A DNA stretch of 64,000 nucleotides from Rhina ancylostomus (Eukaryota). The translations under genes and the position numbers were made by a program. Under the pieces are notes generated by a model that did no database searches, was not told the origin of the DNA, and was given only the letters and a program-made list of their open reading frames with translations. Where the stretch lies: assembly GCA_030265395.1 (NCBI GenBank), contig JARFYF010000094.1:72675328-72739327 (forward strand). Direction: 5' to 3'. Below, one piece after another: positions 1-13,641 of the stretch (position 1 is the first letter of the stretch; each line of letters starts with the position of its first letter).

Positions 1-544
1 TGCATTGTATTTTTGCTCCAAATGCTAAGATCCTGTTTCTTTACCTTTGGCCACTTCCCACCAGTGTCTTTTCAAAAGACTAACTGAAAATTTTCTTTGC
101 AATTCCAAAATCTGTGCACGAATTAGTTGGTGTTGCAGCCTTGTAGTTGAATTGCCTCACATGTTAATGTTCAGCTTTATATCAAAAGTTGTTTGGTTTT
201 CAGTTAATTTCAGCTGCCAGTAAAATGTTAAGGAGAAATGTAAATACTACCATTGTGGCACTCTCATGTTATAAAAATAATACGCAAGTGTTTCCATTTA
301 CTAATAATTTACCCCATATTCAGCTTGGGAGCTCTGTTATGTATTGTTCTTTCACTATGGAGATTAGATAAACTGATAGTCCTGGAAAACAGATGCTGGG
401 GCCATGATACATGATTTAGCTCATACCAGTTTGCCCTGGAGGAAAATGTTATGAGTTGTTGCCACTGGTGTTAGTTAGTTGGCATTGATGGATCCACTTT
501 GCACATTTTTTGTTAAATAGTATGTGTTTTGTGACTGGAACTGA

Positions 545-790
545 TGGTGGAAGTCGTTTCAGAGGCCTTGACAGATTAATGGAAGAAGTCACAGTATGCA
601 GGCGAAAGGAGGCATCCTGATTTTCTTAGGAGACCTTAGTGGACAAAAAGGTCCTCTAGCTGCAGGGCTGGCAGAACATACTACATACACTGAATGAAAC
701 AGCAGTGGACGGAGGCAAAGTTTGAGGTGCATGTGGAAAGTTACATCCCAAAGACATGGATGCAGTTTAATGCTTTAATTCTAATTAAGG
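545..790 (+). mobile_element. Degenerate Harbinger/PIF-like Myb/SANT ORF relic
   Basis: cccaaagacatggatgcagtttaatgcttta reads PKTWMQ..FNAL, resembling the RTWxQCxKKFNDL end of Myb/SANT domains in Harbinger accessory proteins. The sequence is heavily disrupted. Confidence 0.35.
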
Positions 791-1319
791 ACAGTTAATG
801 CACTATCAGTTCAATTTCCTTCCAACTACACCATTAGTCTCACGCATGAATCAATGCATATTTCCCTTCACTCATCTACCTACAGTCTCCAACTTTCAGA
901 ACTGGAATTAAAAGCTCAAAAGCATCGCATCTTACCACTGTACCTGGCATCACATCTACATCTTAGAGCCTATGCATATTGTCTCAGCTAATCAATCATG
1001 ATAGCCACATCAACCAAAACAATTTCAAAATGCTCACAAATACACATCTCTCTCCTTTGTACATTGGAGCCAATGTCAATAAAATGGCATTGGAATGGTT
1101 GCTGCAGAGTTCATGGCCAAGAGCAACACAGAGATTTCTGTAGATGTATTCTCGTACCTAAATCTCATCCTTACGTTCCACTTCCCCATTATCCCACAGT
1201 CTCTTCAGATTTACAAGCTGCTGATGGAGTCAGTGGGCATATCTTATACTTAATCCCTCCCCTGCTCAACCCCAGAGCCATTTTTTGCTTTCTGAATTGT
1301 CACAGAGTGGATTGTCAGA

Positions 1320-1506
1320 GTTTTAATTTATTTGGTCTTCTTCACATTGCCTTTTGTGGAAGCTTGCCCTATTCAAATTGACTGCTGTGTTTCCTACATT
1401 GCAGCAGTGACAGTCCTTTTAGGGTACTTCATGACCTGTAAAATGCATTCTGTCATCCTGAAAAGGACATGAATTGCACTTGGTATATGCTAGTCTATTT
1501 TCTTTC
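1320..1506 (+). mobile_element. Deu-domain SINE (SacSINE1/AmnSINE1-like), 3' half
   Basis: cacattgccttttgtggaagcttgcc...aaattgactgctgtgtttcctacattgcagcagtgac...gtacttcatgacctgtaaa, similar to the copy at 46.6-46.9 kb. Confidence 0.6.
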
Positions 1507-2539
1507 AGCCTTTGTAGTTCTGTGTACAATGTTCAAATTGGCTTTGTTTCTTGTCATGGGCATATCAACCAGAGAGAGTGGCATTGGCTGTGTAAGTTGA
1601 CTGTCCTCCCTCAGGATGGCAGCTTTTCTCTTCCCACACAGACTATCAGGCAGTGGCTTTTAACTGTGTGCCACTGCCAGCTTTCCCAGACACCAGCCAT
1701 TCCTGTTAGAAACCTCCAGTAGCTCTTTGTGGGTGTCTAGCACAGACAAAAGCTCCATTGACACAGAAAGAGGAACGCCTTGTTGTGAGATGCCTTCTAC
1801 CAGCTGCAGTGGGAGCACCACAATGTAGTCATAGCTCAATGAAGCCCACATGGAAAACAAGCACAATGTGGCTAGGCTCAATAGTAATGGATCAGTGCAT
1901 TGTACAGCAGTTCCTTGCTGTAAACCACAAAGCAGGAGCAGCCCTTGCATCGTGGATGAAGGTGAATAGTTGAGTCACAGTTGCTGAAGCATTGCATTCA
2001 TAGGAGGAAAGGTAAGACATTGCACCCCTCNNNNNNNNNNNNNNNNNNNNNNNNNNNNNNNNNNNNNNNNNNNNNNNNNNNNNNNNNNNNNNNNNNNNNN
2101 NNNNNNNNNNNNNNNNNNNNNNNNNNNNNNCAACTTGCAAGACTGCTGTCGGTTATTGCGAGGCCTAGGTGAGGTTATCTAGGTGCAGAGTTACTTGTGG
2201 TCGTCCTCCATAGCCAGTCTAATATTAGCTTGGTTATAGGCACTTGAGGGAGGTCTGCATAGAAATAGAAGGTTAGGCAAAGGCACCTTAAACACAGGCA
2301 TTAAGAAGATATACAGGGTTTTTTGACATATCTATGTATTTTTCTCTTGATTGGATATATATATGATTTGGATTTTTGATTTTATTTGGTTGTATTTCTG
2401 AATTGTAGTCAAGCAGACTCTGAGGTAATCAGTTACAGAAGGGAAGGGAAGATATGAACTGTGTTGCAGTGGAGAATCTTGTTTCCCTTGATTATTTTCT
2501 CTCATGGATCTGATGGTGTTAATGTGAGGTCAGAATTTA

Positions 2540-5140
2540 ACGACTATCTCTAATTGCTCTTGAGAATGTGGTGAGGAGCCATCTTCTTGACCAGATGGAA
2601 TATTCATGACAAAACATCACAAGACTGTTCAATAAGGTTCTGCAGTATTTTGATCCAGTGACAAGGGAGACACACAGAAGAAATTGCAAACATGTTGGTG
2701 TTTGACTTGATAGTGAAAATGCAGGTGATGTCTCCCATTGTGATTTCTGACCACCTCTTTCTTTGTCGGAGTGGTCACTGGGTTTTGTAGGTACTATAGA
2801 TGTTATTGCCTTCAGTTTTGGAGATGATAAAATTGGCAGCCATAGAGTGCCAGTGGCAGAGAAAGTGAACGCTTGTGTTGGGTAACAGACTGGAATTCAC
2901 AGGGTGCATTTATCATGAAAATACTACATTCTTCAGTATTTTTAGAGGATGTGCAATTTTGTTTGTTCTGTCATCTTCCTTACTGAAAGAAGAGATTTGT
3001 ATCTGTTGGCTGTTTAGGCTTTATTTCAATGTGGTTTTATTATTTTTCCTTAATTCTGATTTGTAAATTATTCAATTGAAAACTTGCAATATGTTTTTTG
3101 GTAACTCTTCAAATTGCTCATTTCATACAGGGTGATCTATCGATGTATGGTGGTTTACCACCTTTAACGTGAGTGCGGAATCTTCTTACTCTGGCTTNNN
3201 NNNNNNNNNNNNNNNNNNNNNNNNNNNNNNNNNNNNNNNNNNNNNNNNNNNNNNNNNNNNNNNNNNNNNNNNNNNNNNNNNNNNNNNNNNNNNNNNNTTC
3301 TTACTCTGGCTTAAATTTCTCTCTGCTCTCCTCCATCCCTGAGTTTCTTACAATTTGATGCTGTCACTTTCATCCACAAAGTTAATGTTGGAGTAGTAAT
3401 AATTATGAGTAAAGCACAGGACCTGATTTTTAAAGAAATATTCTACAGGGATATCACAGATCACCAAATATATTGACCACAATGACTGAATACAGACTGA
3501 TTGCAGCACACTAATATGTTGCACTTAATGCTGAACACAATGCTCAGGTTAGTGGGAAATGTGGGCTGGACAGCATAGTTCGCTACCGATATTTGCCTGG
3601 CAAGGTTAGTAATGTGTGTGTTTTGTGAGGAAGATCTTGGAAGTGGGACACTTGTCCCTTGTAGAGCTTATGGGCTTGGGAAATATTGCCAAAGATCTTC
3701 CTATGAATTGGATACACTGAGCCACAATGCACTGTTGTTGGAAGAAGTGAATGTTTAAACCTTGGGTATCCAGTCAGGCTGTTTTGTCCTTGATCGTGTC
3801 AAGCTTCTTGAGTTGTTGGTACCATATATATGGAGAGGCTTCAAGGACTTTTGGTATTTATTCAGTCACAGAATGTGGACCTCTTTGGCAATTCCAGTAT
3901 TTATTGTCCATTCCTGAACTGGGAATATAGTTACAAATCAACCGCATGATTAGGTCTGGAGTCTTATGCAGGCTAGATAATAGATTTACTTCCCTGAAGG
4001 ACATCAGTAAAACAGAAGTTTTTTTAACAACAGTTTTGTAGTTTCATGGCAACCATTAACTAGACTAGCTTTTTGTACATTTGAGATTTATTTAAGTACT
4101 TAAATTCTGTAGATGCCATGTTGCGATTGAAATTCATGTGTCTTAATCAGCTGGTCCAATGAATTAATCACTACACATATATACCCCAATACGGGTGAGT
4201 AAACCACAGCATACCCAGACTGATGTGCTTCATTTCTGGTCTTTGGTGACCCTTGGCTTGTTGATGAATTTGAGACAGGCTGGATGTTGAGAATGTTGAT
4301 TCAGAGATAATAATGCAGTGTCAAGAAGTGATTAGATGTTTTCTCATTGGTGATGATCATTGCCTAGCACTTGCTAGTCGTCTCTTGTAACCTCAAGCTT
4401 GCATGTTTACTCGCTCTTGCTGCATTTGAACTTTGGCTGCTTCAATATAGGAGTTGCGCGTAGAGCTGAATATCAGCAAATGTTTGTAGTTCTCATCTCA
4501 CACTGGAGGGAAGGTCATCAATGAGACAGCTGAAGACTCTTTGCTGAGCAACTCTCATAACAGTGATCTGAAGAAGAAATGATTGGACTCAATGAACATA
4601 ACCTCCTTCCCTTCCTCTAGGAATGACTCCAGTTTATTTAGTATTTTCTTCTTGATTTTTGACAGTTTTACAAAGGGAATCTTGACTTAGTCAAATGTGG
4701 CCTTGGTATCAAGAGCAGTCATCTTACTTCTGGAATTCAGCTTCTGTGTTTGGTCCAAGAGTCATTAGGTCTGAAACATTGGTCTTAATAGAGCCCAATT
4801 TAAACAGCAGTGAGTGAGTACTTGATTAGTAATTGCAGAGTTACAGTAATGTCAGTGATCCTTTTTATCATCTTGTTGATATTTCAGAGATGACTGATGG
4901 CTGATAGTTTGCTAGATTGGATTCACCGTGCTTTTTGAAGGCAGGGCATATCTGGGCAGTTTTCCAGATTGTCAGATGCCAGTCTTATAGCTTTACTGAA
5001 ACTGTTCTGCTGGATGCATGGTTCGTTCATTTCTTTCAGGATATTGTCAAGCTGTATCAACACCTGGCACAAGGTATATTCTGGTTTTATGGTGCATAAA
5101 ACTGGAGAGACAATGACCTGGAACCTTATTGACTCCATGC
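2540..5140 (-). mobile_element. Old fragmented non-LTR retrotransposon (CR1/L2-group), antisense, discontinuous
   Basis: The motif ctaattgctcttgagaatgtggtgaggagccatcttcttga near 2550 resembles a LINE 3' end read antisense. The 4.9-5.1 kb segment resembles the decayed pre-RT region (KA.GPD..VLK...EL..PL..LFQ.S...WKIA.VCP.HKK). The same family appears at 34.4-35.1 kb. Confidence 0.6.
3905..4190 (-). mobile_element. SINE relic nested in the antisense LINE
   Basis: It contains cttccctgaaggacatcagt and ggtctggagtc, the reverse complement of motifs in the 53290-53575 element (tatccttcagggaagaaaatct...tgtgactctgacc). Confidence 0.5.
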
Positions 5141-5204
5141 TTATTTTGGAGGTACGTAATGTACACCTAAGCTTCCTGTGTGCACATGCCCATTACCTAC
5201 CTGC

Positions 5205-5504
5205 AAATAGAGTCAAACAGCAAAAGCAGGTCCTTTGGCCCCCATTGAGTCAGCACCAACCATCAAGAATCCATTTACATTAATCCCTCAATTCCATTAA
5301 TTTTCCCCAGATTCTATCAGTCACCTACATACTCAGAGCAATTAAACACATCTATGGATGTATGAGGAAACTGGATCATCTGGAAGGGACCGACATGATC
5401 ACAGGGAAGACCACATAGACAGCACCAGTGGTCAGGATCAGGAACAAACCCAGGTTGCTGGAGTTGAGAGGCAACATCTCTGCTAGCTGCACCACTGTGC
5501 TGCC
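5205..5504 (-). mobile_element. tRNA-derived V-SINE (HE1-like) with CR1-type tail
   Basis: The reverse complement starts ggcagcacagtggtgcagctagcagag with a B-box-like gggtttgttcc. It has a V-domain-like core (cttccctgtgatcatgtcgg...ccagtttcctc) and a CR1-like tail (gggggccaaaggacctgcttttgctgtttgactc). Confidence 0.75.
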
Positions 5505-6249
5505 TAATGTGACACTTGTTTTGTCGAGTCATAGTTCTCTGTAAGCCTCTAGGACATGCAGTTGAAGCACATTCAACAAAAATTAAATACACTTCTTGAA
5601 GGACTCTTAAAATTGAGCTGCAACTGTACTTGGTTTGCCAGATGAACCTAGTACCTTTAGTCAATTGATTAATATTTTTAAAGGTTTTTTTGGATTATTT
5701 TCCCACTTCAGCTAATTTGTGACTGAAGGAGACAATCTCAATTTTTACACTTAGTAATAGAGCACATTGCTCCTTAACATTATTAATGTGTATGAAATAT
5801 GAATAGAAATTGATCAACGTATCTCCCTTGTACTTCTATCTGGCAATGTCAGAAACATCGTTGATGTGTATGATCTTTCAGCCTTTCAATTAATGATTTT
5901 GAAACCAGCAAATGCAGAAATTTCTCATTTGCACTTTGGCAGGTTTCCAATCAGAAGTGCTCAGTCACTAAGTTACTTCTCGAGGATAGCGGAGAATGCT
6001 CTGCAGCAATATGATGTCAAATGAGGCTACAATCAAGAACCAATCTTAGTAATCTATCTAATCACTAACTGCACCCTGTGCAAGTCTACTTCATAAAAGA
6101 GCATTTGAAAGAGATAGAAAAGCAAGATGTTATTTTTGATGCGGTGACAACATATATAATTGAAGTGATGGTGATTGGTTTGCAGTTTGTAGTTCATGGA
6201 GTTTTTCAAATTAATTTTGGAAAACATTTCTCCATGAACGTGTGGGAAC

Positions 6250-7710
6250 TGAGGCTTCTTTTTAAGTGAGATTGAGACAACCATCTCAGTTACCTCATCC
6301 ACTTCCCTTCCTTACATTAACACCAAAGACTTAATGTCTAAGGTTGCCCCGACCTTGTTGTAAACTTGCATCTTTCACTGGCTTTTCAACTATTTTCCAT
6401 TATGCCTTCTCGAAGCCACGAAGCCCATCTCCTGTTCTGTTAACCCTTTAGCCACTAACTGAATTTGCTAACTACCTGACTTCTCTTCATGAATCCAATG
6501 GCACTGATATTATTAGCAGTGTTCTTTCTCCATTTACCACCCCCTTCCATCAAATGTTCCATAATCATTCATTTTCTCAGAAGGAAAATGATCCTTTGCT
6601 TTCAGCTTTGCAGACTTCTGTCTCATTTACAGCTTCCTCTCATTCTTCAAAGAGTGTGCCCAGTAATTAGAAATATGACCAGTTTTGAAGAAACATTTTA
6701 AACACATGCATATTTTGTGCATATGTGCATTCATACTCATCCTTATTATTGAAGTTGCCCATGACTCTGTTTCACCAATCCTGAGTGTGCCTTATCCTCC
6801 CCAATCTTCCCCTTGTCTCCAAGGTCTTTCATTGTGCTCATCTATTCCAGGACTCTATATTTGAATTTCCTCCAAGTAGATTTCTGTCCCTACCACTGTT
6901 CCAGAATGGTTCATCAAAAATTACATGTGACCACTGAATAACTGTGGTAAAGGCTGACAATTCTTTCTCATCATACTCAACCAGTTTGCTTCTTTTAGCT
7001 CAGTTGACCTCACCATGTTTATGCATTTTCTGTCTACCTTATCCATTTGGGTTAAATACACTGACTTGGTTTCATTCTTTTCTATCAGAGAATCATGTGC
7101 AATAGCTGCTGTTTTCCAGTCTTGGATCATAAAATTTGATGCCTCCAAGGGACTAATTTTGGCCCTGTTATTTCTTAGTTGTATGTCATTCTTTGGCAAT
7201 CTCATCTGAAAACACAATGTAAGTTGACAATGGCCAACTCTTGATGGTTACCAGTTCTGTCAATACCTCTTGTTTCTGAATTGTCAGATTGCTTGATTAA
7301 GATTAAGGACTGCATTGGCAGAAATTTCCTCCAAATGATGTCCACTTGGCCACTCTCTGAAGCTGAGCCAGACTGTTTGCAATTTTAGTGTCATCTGTTG
7401 TTGAAACTCTCATCCGTGCCTTTGTTACTTCTTGAGGTATCAATTACTGCTAGCCAGTCTGCATTCTATCCTTCATAAACCAGAGGTCATCCACCCGCTA
7501 CTAATGTACTACCTTACACTGAGCCTTGTTCACCCATCACCAATGTGCTTGCTGAACATTATCAGCTCCCAATTAATCAATGCTGCAATTTTTCAGTTCT
7601 CTTTTTTTCAAATCTTTCTATGGTTTTGCTCTTCCTCTCTACATAAGCTCCCTCATTCCTGTTTGACCATGTTTGTGACTTGTGATTTTTTTTTGCTGTG
7701 AAGCACCATG
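6250..7710 (+). mobile_element. Decayed L2 LINE (reverse transcriptase region and 3' end)
   Basis: 6800-7015 resembles the decayed L2 motifs SNLPFLSKVLE / QSGFRP.HSTETAL.KVTND / LLILLDLSAAFDTVDH. The tail is ctgtgaagcacc near 7700. Confidence 0.65.
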
Positions 7711-8355
7711 TTTTTTTCAGTACTTTGATGTTGGTTTTCAGCCACAATATTAAAATAGGTTGGGTGAGTTCTTTATTGATTGCACAAATTTAGATTTCTT
7801 GCAGGAACATTTCTAACACAAATTTATTGCTTCCCATTTGGCAGTATTTTTATACTTTTTCAATTTATAAAACCTTCCAATCCTGAAAATAAATAGTATA
7901 TTTCATTANNNNNNNNNNNNNNNNNNNNNNNNNNNNNNNNNNNNNNNNNNNNNNNNNNNNNNNNNNNNNNNNNNNNNNNNNNNNNNNNNNNNNNNNNNNN
8001 NNNNNNNNAATAAATAGTAGATTTCATTAAGATCTTTACATTTTAATTGAACCAAACAGATATGCTTTAAAAAAAGACCAAAATAATTAAATTCAAGTTA
8101 CCCTTATCTAAGAAGTGTGTGTATAGTATTTTAATGCCTTGGGTTTTATTGCCACCTACTGACAAAATGTGGCCAAAATTTTCTTTTTTTAAATAATTTT
8201 AGGAAATCTTTGATTATTTTAATGCAGAGTAAACATCTTTTTCTTCATAAACACTTCACACACTTTGTACAACATTTATTCAGCAGGTTAATTAAATTAC
8301 AATTGATTGTCATTAATAGGATGAATTTCAACACTTAGTAAAACATTAAGTATTC

Positions 8356-8388
<33 letters not shown>
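8356..8388. repeat. (AT)n microsatellite followed by (TATG)n
   Basis: atatatatatatatatatatatatgtatgtatg, read directly. Confidence 0.95.
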
Positions 8389-11300
8389 ATGTGGTCAACA
8401 GAGAGTCTGTTCCTTCCACAATTCCTAACTTCAATTTTAAGCTTTGAAGCTTTTTTTTTGGAACATGACCAGTGGATGAAAGTACCTTGAATAATTGTCA
8501 AAGATGTAGTGAATATATTTTAAAAAACTATTTAAGCTTTCTGTGCTTAAAGTTTTCATTGACTTGAGAGTTAAAAATGCCAAATAGGCTAAATAAATTT
8601 CAAAAAATTGTGCTTTGCCTGCCACCCACTGACAGTTCTTAGCTATAGCATATAAAATTGAGCTCAGTATCAAGCTGAAATTGAAGGACCTGGATTTTAG
8701 TGCACATTCATATTTCAATTCAAACCAAGATTTGCTGAAAATGAATACTTCTGTTTGGTAGAACTTTTGAAATAGTGTCCAATATTTTAAAGAATATAGT
8801 GCAAGAAATAAACGAGTAAAGTGCTGGGACAATATGGTAAAAATTTCCATGCATATAATTAATTGTTTAAAATGGTTTTGTAGGAGGTACAGTGAGGAAA
8901 TCTATTTGGCAGAAATCTACCAGTCAGGATGAATCATTAGTATTCATGGGTCAGCCTTTTTCAGTTTGTTTTGCTCCTTCAACATTGGGTACTGTACTTA
9001 GTGTCAAATTCTACAGAGGGTTGAGATATTTGAAACAAAGGAGTTAACAATAATGGAGACACATGTTAGACAACAGAAGGGTATCAAGAACTTAGGCTAA
9101 GGAACTATCAAGTGGTTCAGGTACTAGGGTTCTGAGAGCTTTGTACAAGTAAATTACTTAAAGATCACAGTTACCATGTCATGCATTATGTGTTTAATTC
9201 TAATGTTACTTCATTATGAGTCACAAACAGCCTTAACTTATTGTAATGTTGTGGGATTGGAACAATTTTCCCGAGTTATCTTTCAGACAATATGGGTCAT
9301 GACTCAAAGATGATGAAGACTTGATACTCCTATGTATTACATTCTATTGTGAAGATAATTTATCTAATGTATGCATATCCACAGAACCAATGATAACCTC
9401 TTCAATTGCTGGCTTTTGGTGTTGCTAGATTATCCCTAAATTGAATGAAAAGGCAGTCCTCAACAATACACAATGATTGACAAAGTAATGCTGGGTCATG
9501 TATGCATATTTAGTTCTATTTAGACAGTTGGAAGAGCAATAGTGTACAAAGTCCATTGAGTAATTGTTTAAGTGCCAAGGACATTGTATACCACATTTAA
9601 CCTTTGTGGTGTCAAGATGATTAGGTTATTTTGATGCTTGGGCAATTAAAATAAAATAACCTGAATGTAACATCAAGAATAATATTCAGGATATTTGGCC
9701 AGTCAGGAACAGGCCTCAGCATCATGTCAAAATATTGGAAATGATTGTGCAGCTCTGCATAATTAAAATTATTATTCCTCTTTACTGAGATCCAACCCTC
9801 ACTAAATTAAATTATGCCATTGAAACTGCTTGCATTGAGTTAATAGAAACTTTGGTCTCTATAACACAAAACTAGAGTGATGTTTTGTTGTTAGTAGGGT
9901 TGATAAAATAATAATTGCAAATTGTAAGAGCGCCACATATAATGGTGTATTATGTAAAGACAACATAATAGTAACACAAGTTTAAACTGTGAAATGTGAC
10001 ATCGTAGCACTGGTACAGTAACAGGAAAGAAATAGAAACAATTAGTCAAATAATAGTTTTCTTATAACAATTGATCCAAAATATTTGTGTGTTGTAAAAT
10101 TTAACAACCTAATAACTCAGATAATTTACCCCAGAAGATTAGAGTAGAATAGCTGTAAGAAAATAGAAAACAAAGTATCTTTTGTTTCTTTCACAGCAAT
10201 GAGATAATTTCCATATTGGCTGTTTGCTGTCATGTAACCAAAAATAATTGCAGAACAATTGTAAAAATAAGAGTTTTAAAATGTGTTAAAAGGCAATTCA
10301 CAGGATTAACATAACAGAATACTAATTTCCTTCAATAGATTTCACTATATAAATTGAAACAATATAGTGAAAGTTAAAATCTTTTGTCATGATACAAAGG
10401 CTCATAATGCCAACTTCTATTTTTCATTTTTTTTCCTCACAGTATTTATTTTTTCCTGCCATTTTCATACATTTAAAGTTGTATTTCTATATAATTTAAT
10501 AAGTGGCCTCTCTGTGTCTCAGAATATTATCTTCCATTGACATTTTAAACAGTTGTAGCAGTCACCTAAGAACAACAGGAAATAAATGGGAGACTACAAT
10601 TCATTATCACAATATAAACTATGAAAATATTTATATATGCAAATGCAGTTCTTGTCAGCTCAACTAGAACTATAATTGTATAATCTTCCATTCACTGTTA
10701 TCATTAATATTTTTCTTAACATCTTTAAAAGTCCAATAATTACAGAAAATGCCCTTCTTTGTAAAAAAAGGCTTTATTGACATTTTACTCTTTAGTTTAA
10801 TCGTGAATAGTGATTTCCATTCCGTGTCCAGACATTGGTGGAAGATAGGCTTGCTCGTAGTATATTCTTAAAACATTGATTTATTAACTTTGTATCAGCT
10901 CACTTTGATGATAAACTTCAATGGACTTACTGTTAACAGATTTTAATTCAACAGCATCTCTTGGTCAATATGAATAAGCTCTTCATCCATGTTGAAGGAA
11001 TTTCACACCTAATATAAAAATATTAATCAAATGCTTTTGTTTTAAACTGACAATGGCATCTCATGAAGAAAAGTAAAGTGTTATTTTCAGATCTGGAAGT
11101 GCAATATCTGTTTAAACAAGAAACAAAGTGTTATTTTGAAGATTATTTTAACAGCTTTGTTAGCAGTATTGACTTCATTAACCTTTTCTTTTTAAGTTAT
11201 ACTTTAAAAAAAACACTCAGAACAAGAAAGTGAAGATGAGCTTGGTAAAATAAATAGAAATTGGAATTCAGAATTGGAGTCACATTTCCATATCTGAATT

Positions 11301-11509
11301 TAGTATTGAGTTTCTGTATCTGCATGGCCTGAATGCATTAATGTAAAGTATTAACTTGACTTGATCTGATTTTGAATTAATCCAAAAAACTGGGAAAGTT
11401 TTGAGTATGTAATTGAACACTGATTGATCACTCCTTCCTCTGCCAGTTTGTGATTCTATATGATTGAGAAGGAAACACATTGAAACTTCATAGAATAACA
11501 CAACACGCA

Positions 11510-12000
11510 AGCATGCTAGTTAGCTCATTGAGTCTGCACCAGCAGTTTGAAAGAGCTATTCAGCTCGTTTCACTTCTTTTCCTGCATCAGAGCATTAATT
11601 TCTCCTTCAAGTACTGAACAAAGTATTTTTAAAAACTTCTACTGAGTCTGCTTCCACCATCTTGTCATGCCATGAACTTCAAAATCTAGCTATTTATTGA
11701 ACAAAACCTTTTTTTGTCAAGGCATTTGGTTCATTTGCTAATCTTCTTAGATCTGTGCACTTTGATTATTGGAACAGGACATTGGAAGCAGTTTTATCTT
11801 CATTTACTCTATCCAAACACCTTTATTTTAAATGTATCTATTATGTCTCCTGATCTTCACTGCGCCAAGAAGAACGATTGGCATTTTCAGTGTGCCTTCA
11901 GAAATGTAATGCTTCATTCTGATAAATCTCTTTGGTATCCTCTGCTAAGCCTTAAATTCCTTCTTTAATATGGCGTCCAGAATTCTACTTGGGATCTAAT
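11510..12000 (-). mobile_element. Old CR1 3'-end relic
   Basis: gctcattgagtctgcaccagc...actgagtctgcttccaccatc...ggcgtccagaattctac, a decayed antisense CR1 3' end. Confidence 0.5.
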
Positions 12001-13641
12001 TTTATCTTCATAACTGGGTTTATTTTATGGAATGATGGGCATTTTTTGATCCATATAATTCAGAATGCACCAGATCTCATTGTGAAAGTACTAACATGTT
12101 TACAATTAATTTTAAAGTTAGCAAACAAGTTTAGGGCATTAGGAGAATTACTCTGATTTGTGAATCTCCAAGCCAGATTGTACCACTTAGCCTCTTATTT
12201 CAAAGAGCTTGTTGTATTTGCATGCTAATGATTATAACTTGCCACAGAAAATTAGGACTAATAAGGACACCATCAGAAATATTTCATACATTTTTGAGTA
12301 TATATTTTTCTCTACTTACTTTGAGGATATTGACATTGATGTCCTGCACAATAGTCCTGCACAATAATTTTAAGTTACTTAAAATTGCTTCAATGACAGA
12401 AGGCAAACATTAAGCCCATTTTCATCTGTTAATCAAACCATACCAGTTACCACTTCTTTAATTGATTATTAAATCTTTTAAAATGGATTTAAGGGAAAAA
12501 TGTATTGTAAAATGTTGTACAGTATCATTGGTTTATGGTAGGGTTAATATTTGATGATCAGAAACATGAGCTCATTAAACACTTCCCAAAACTATGACAA
12601 TTTGTGCCAGACTGCTTATTACACCCAAAGAAGCCTCTACACTATTAAATTATTGTTATTACTTTTCCTTTTCATCTCTTTACAGCACCTAATCTTTCTT
12701 TCTCCACACTTACTTCTCATTCTGCAGCTGATTTAACTCTAAAACACAGACTCCAAACACCTACTCCAAAACACACCACATTGATTAGAGAAATAAGATA
12801 TTTATTGTTCCGACCATTCACTAAGGTTCTAGGTGCCCCGATGTACTCACCACCCACAACAAGCTCACATATCCAGCAAGTTGCAATGCAAAAACATTTT
12901 GAGCTGGATGATGCACAAAAATGTCTATATAAAATGTCTACCACAGCAGAGTGCCCCATTCTGACATGATCTGGGCCAATATTTTAAAACATTTAGCCAA
13001 AATGTTGCACAGTGCATAGTACAAAAACTTGAATAAAATGTAACTATCAAAAAATATTTGAGAAACTTTCTGGATGTTGGTGTTTTGCAATTTTTAGACT
13101 AAAGTTTTTTTGAGTACATCGTTTACTATTTTTAAGTAACCTGATGTTACTGTGGTGAGTAAATGTGGCAGTTTATCATGGTTCCACCAGGAGTTCTAAT
13201 TATAAGATGGGTTGGCTGAGATTGCCCACAGGCATCTGAAATTGTCTGTCTAGGTTTTTTCTCTCCTTGGTATCTGTGGACAGTTGATCATTTTCTGTCC
13301 TGATCCTCAGTCATATCATAATCCTCTTATTCACATGGAGTTTGCTCATGTTGGTTTATTTCTATTTAACTGAATTCAACAACAGTGCAACATAAGGCAA
13401 AACTAAAACTAATTACGTTTTTTTCTGACAATTTTCTTTTAATAGATTAAGTCTTGTGGGCAAAAATAATGTATCATATGCTGATGAGAGTGGAAACATA
13501 TAATCAAAAACAAAAATGATAATATGTGAACTCAGCTGGCTAGGATGCCAAAAAAATTACTATTTCAGTGTAACAGCTGGAAGGTTTATCTATTTTGTGT
13601 CCAAAATTAAATTATACTGCACATAATCATGCTGTTTATTT

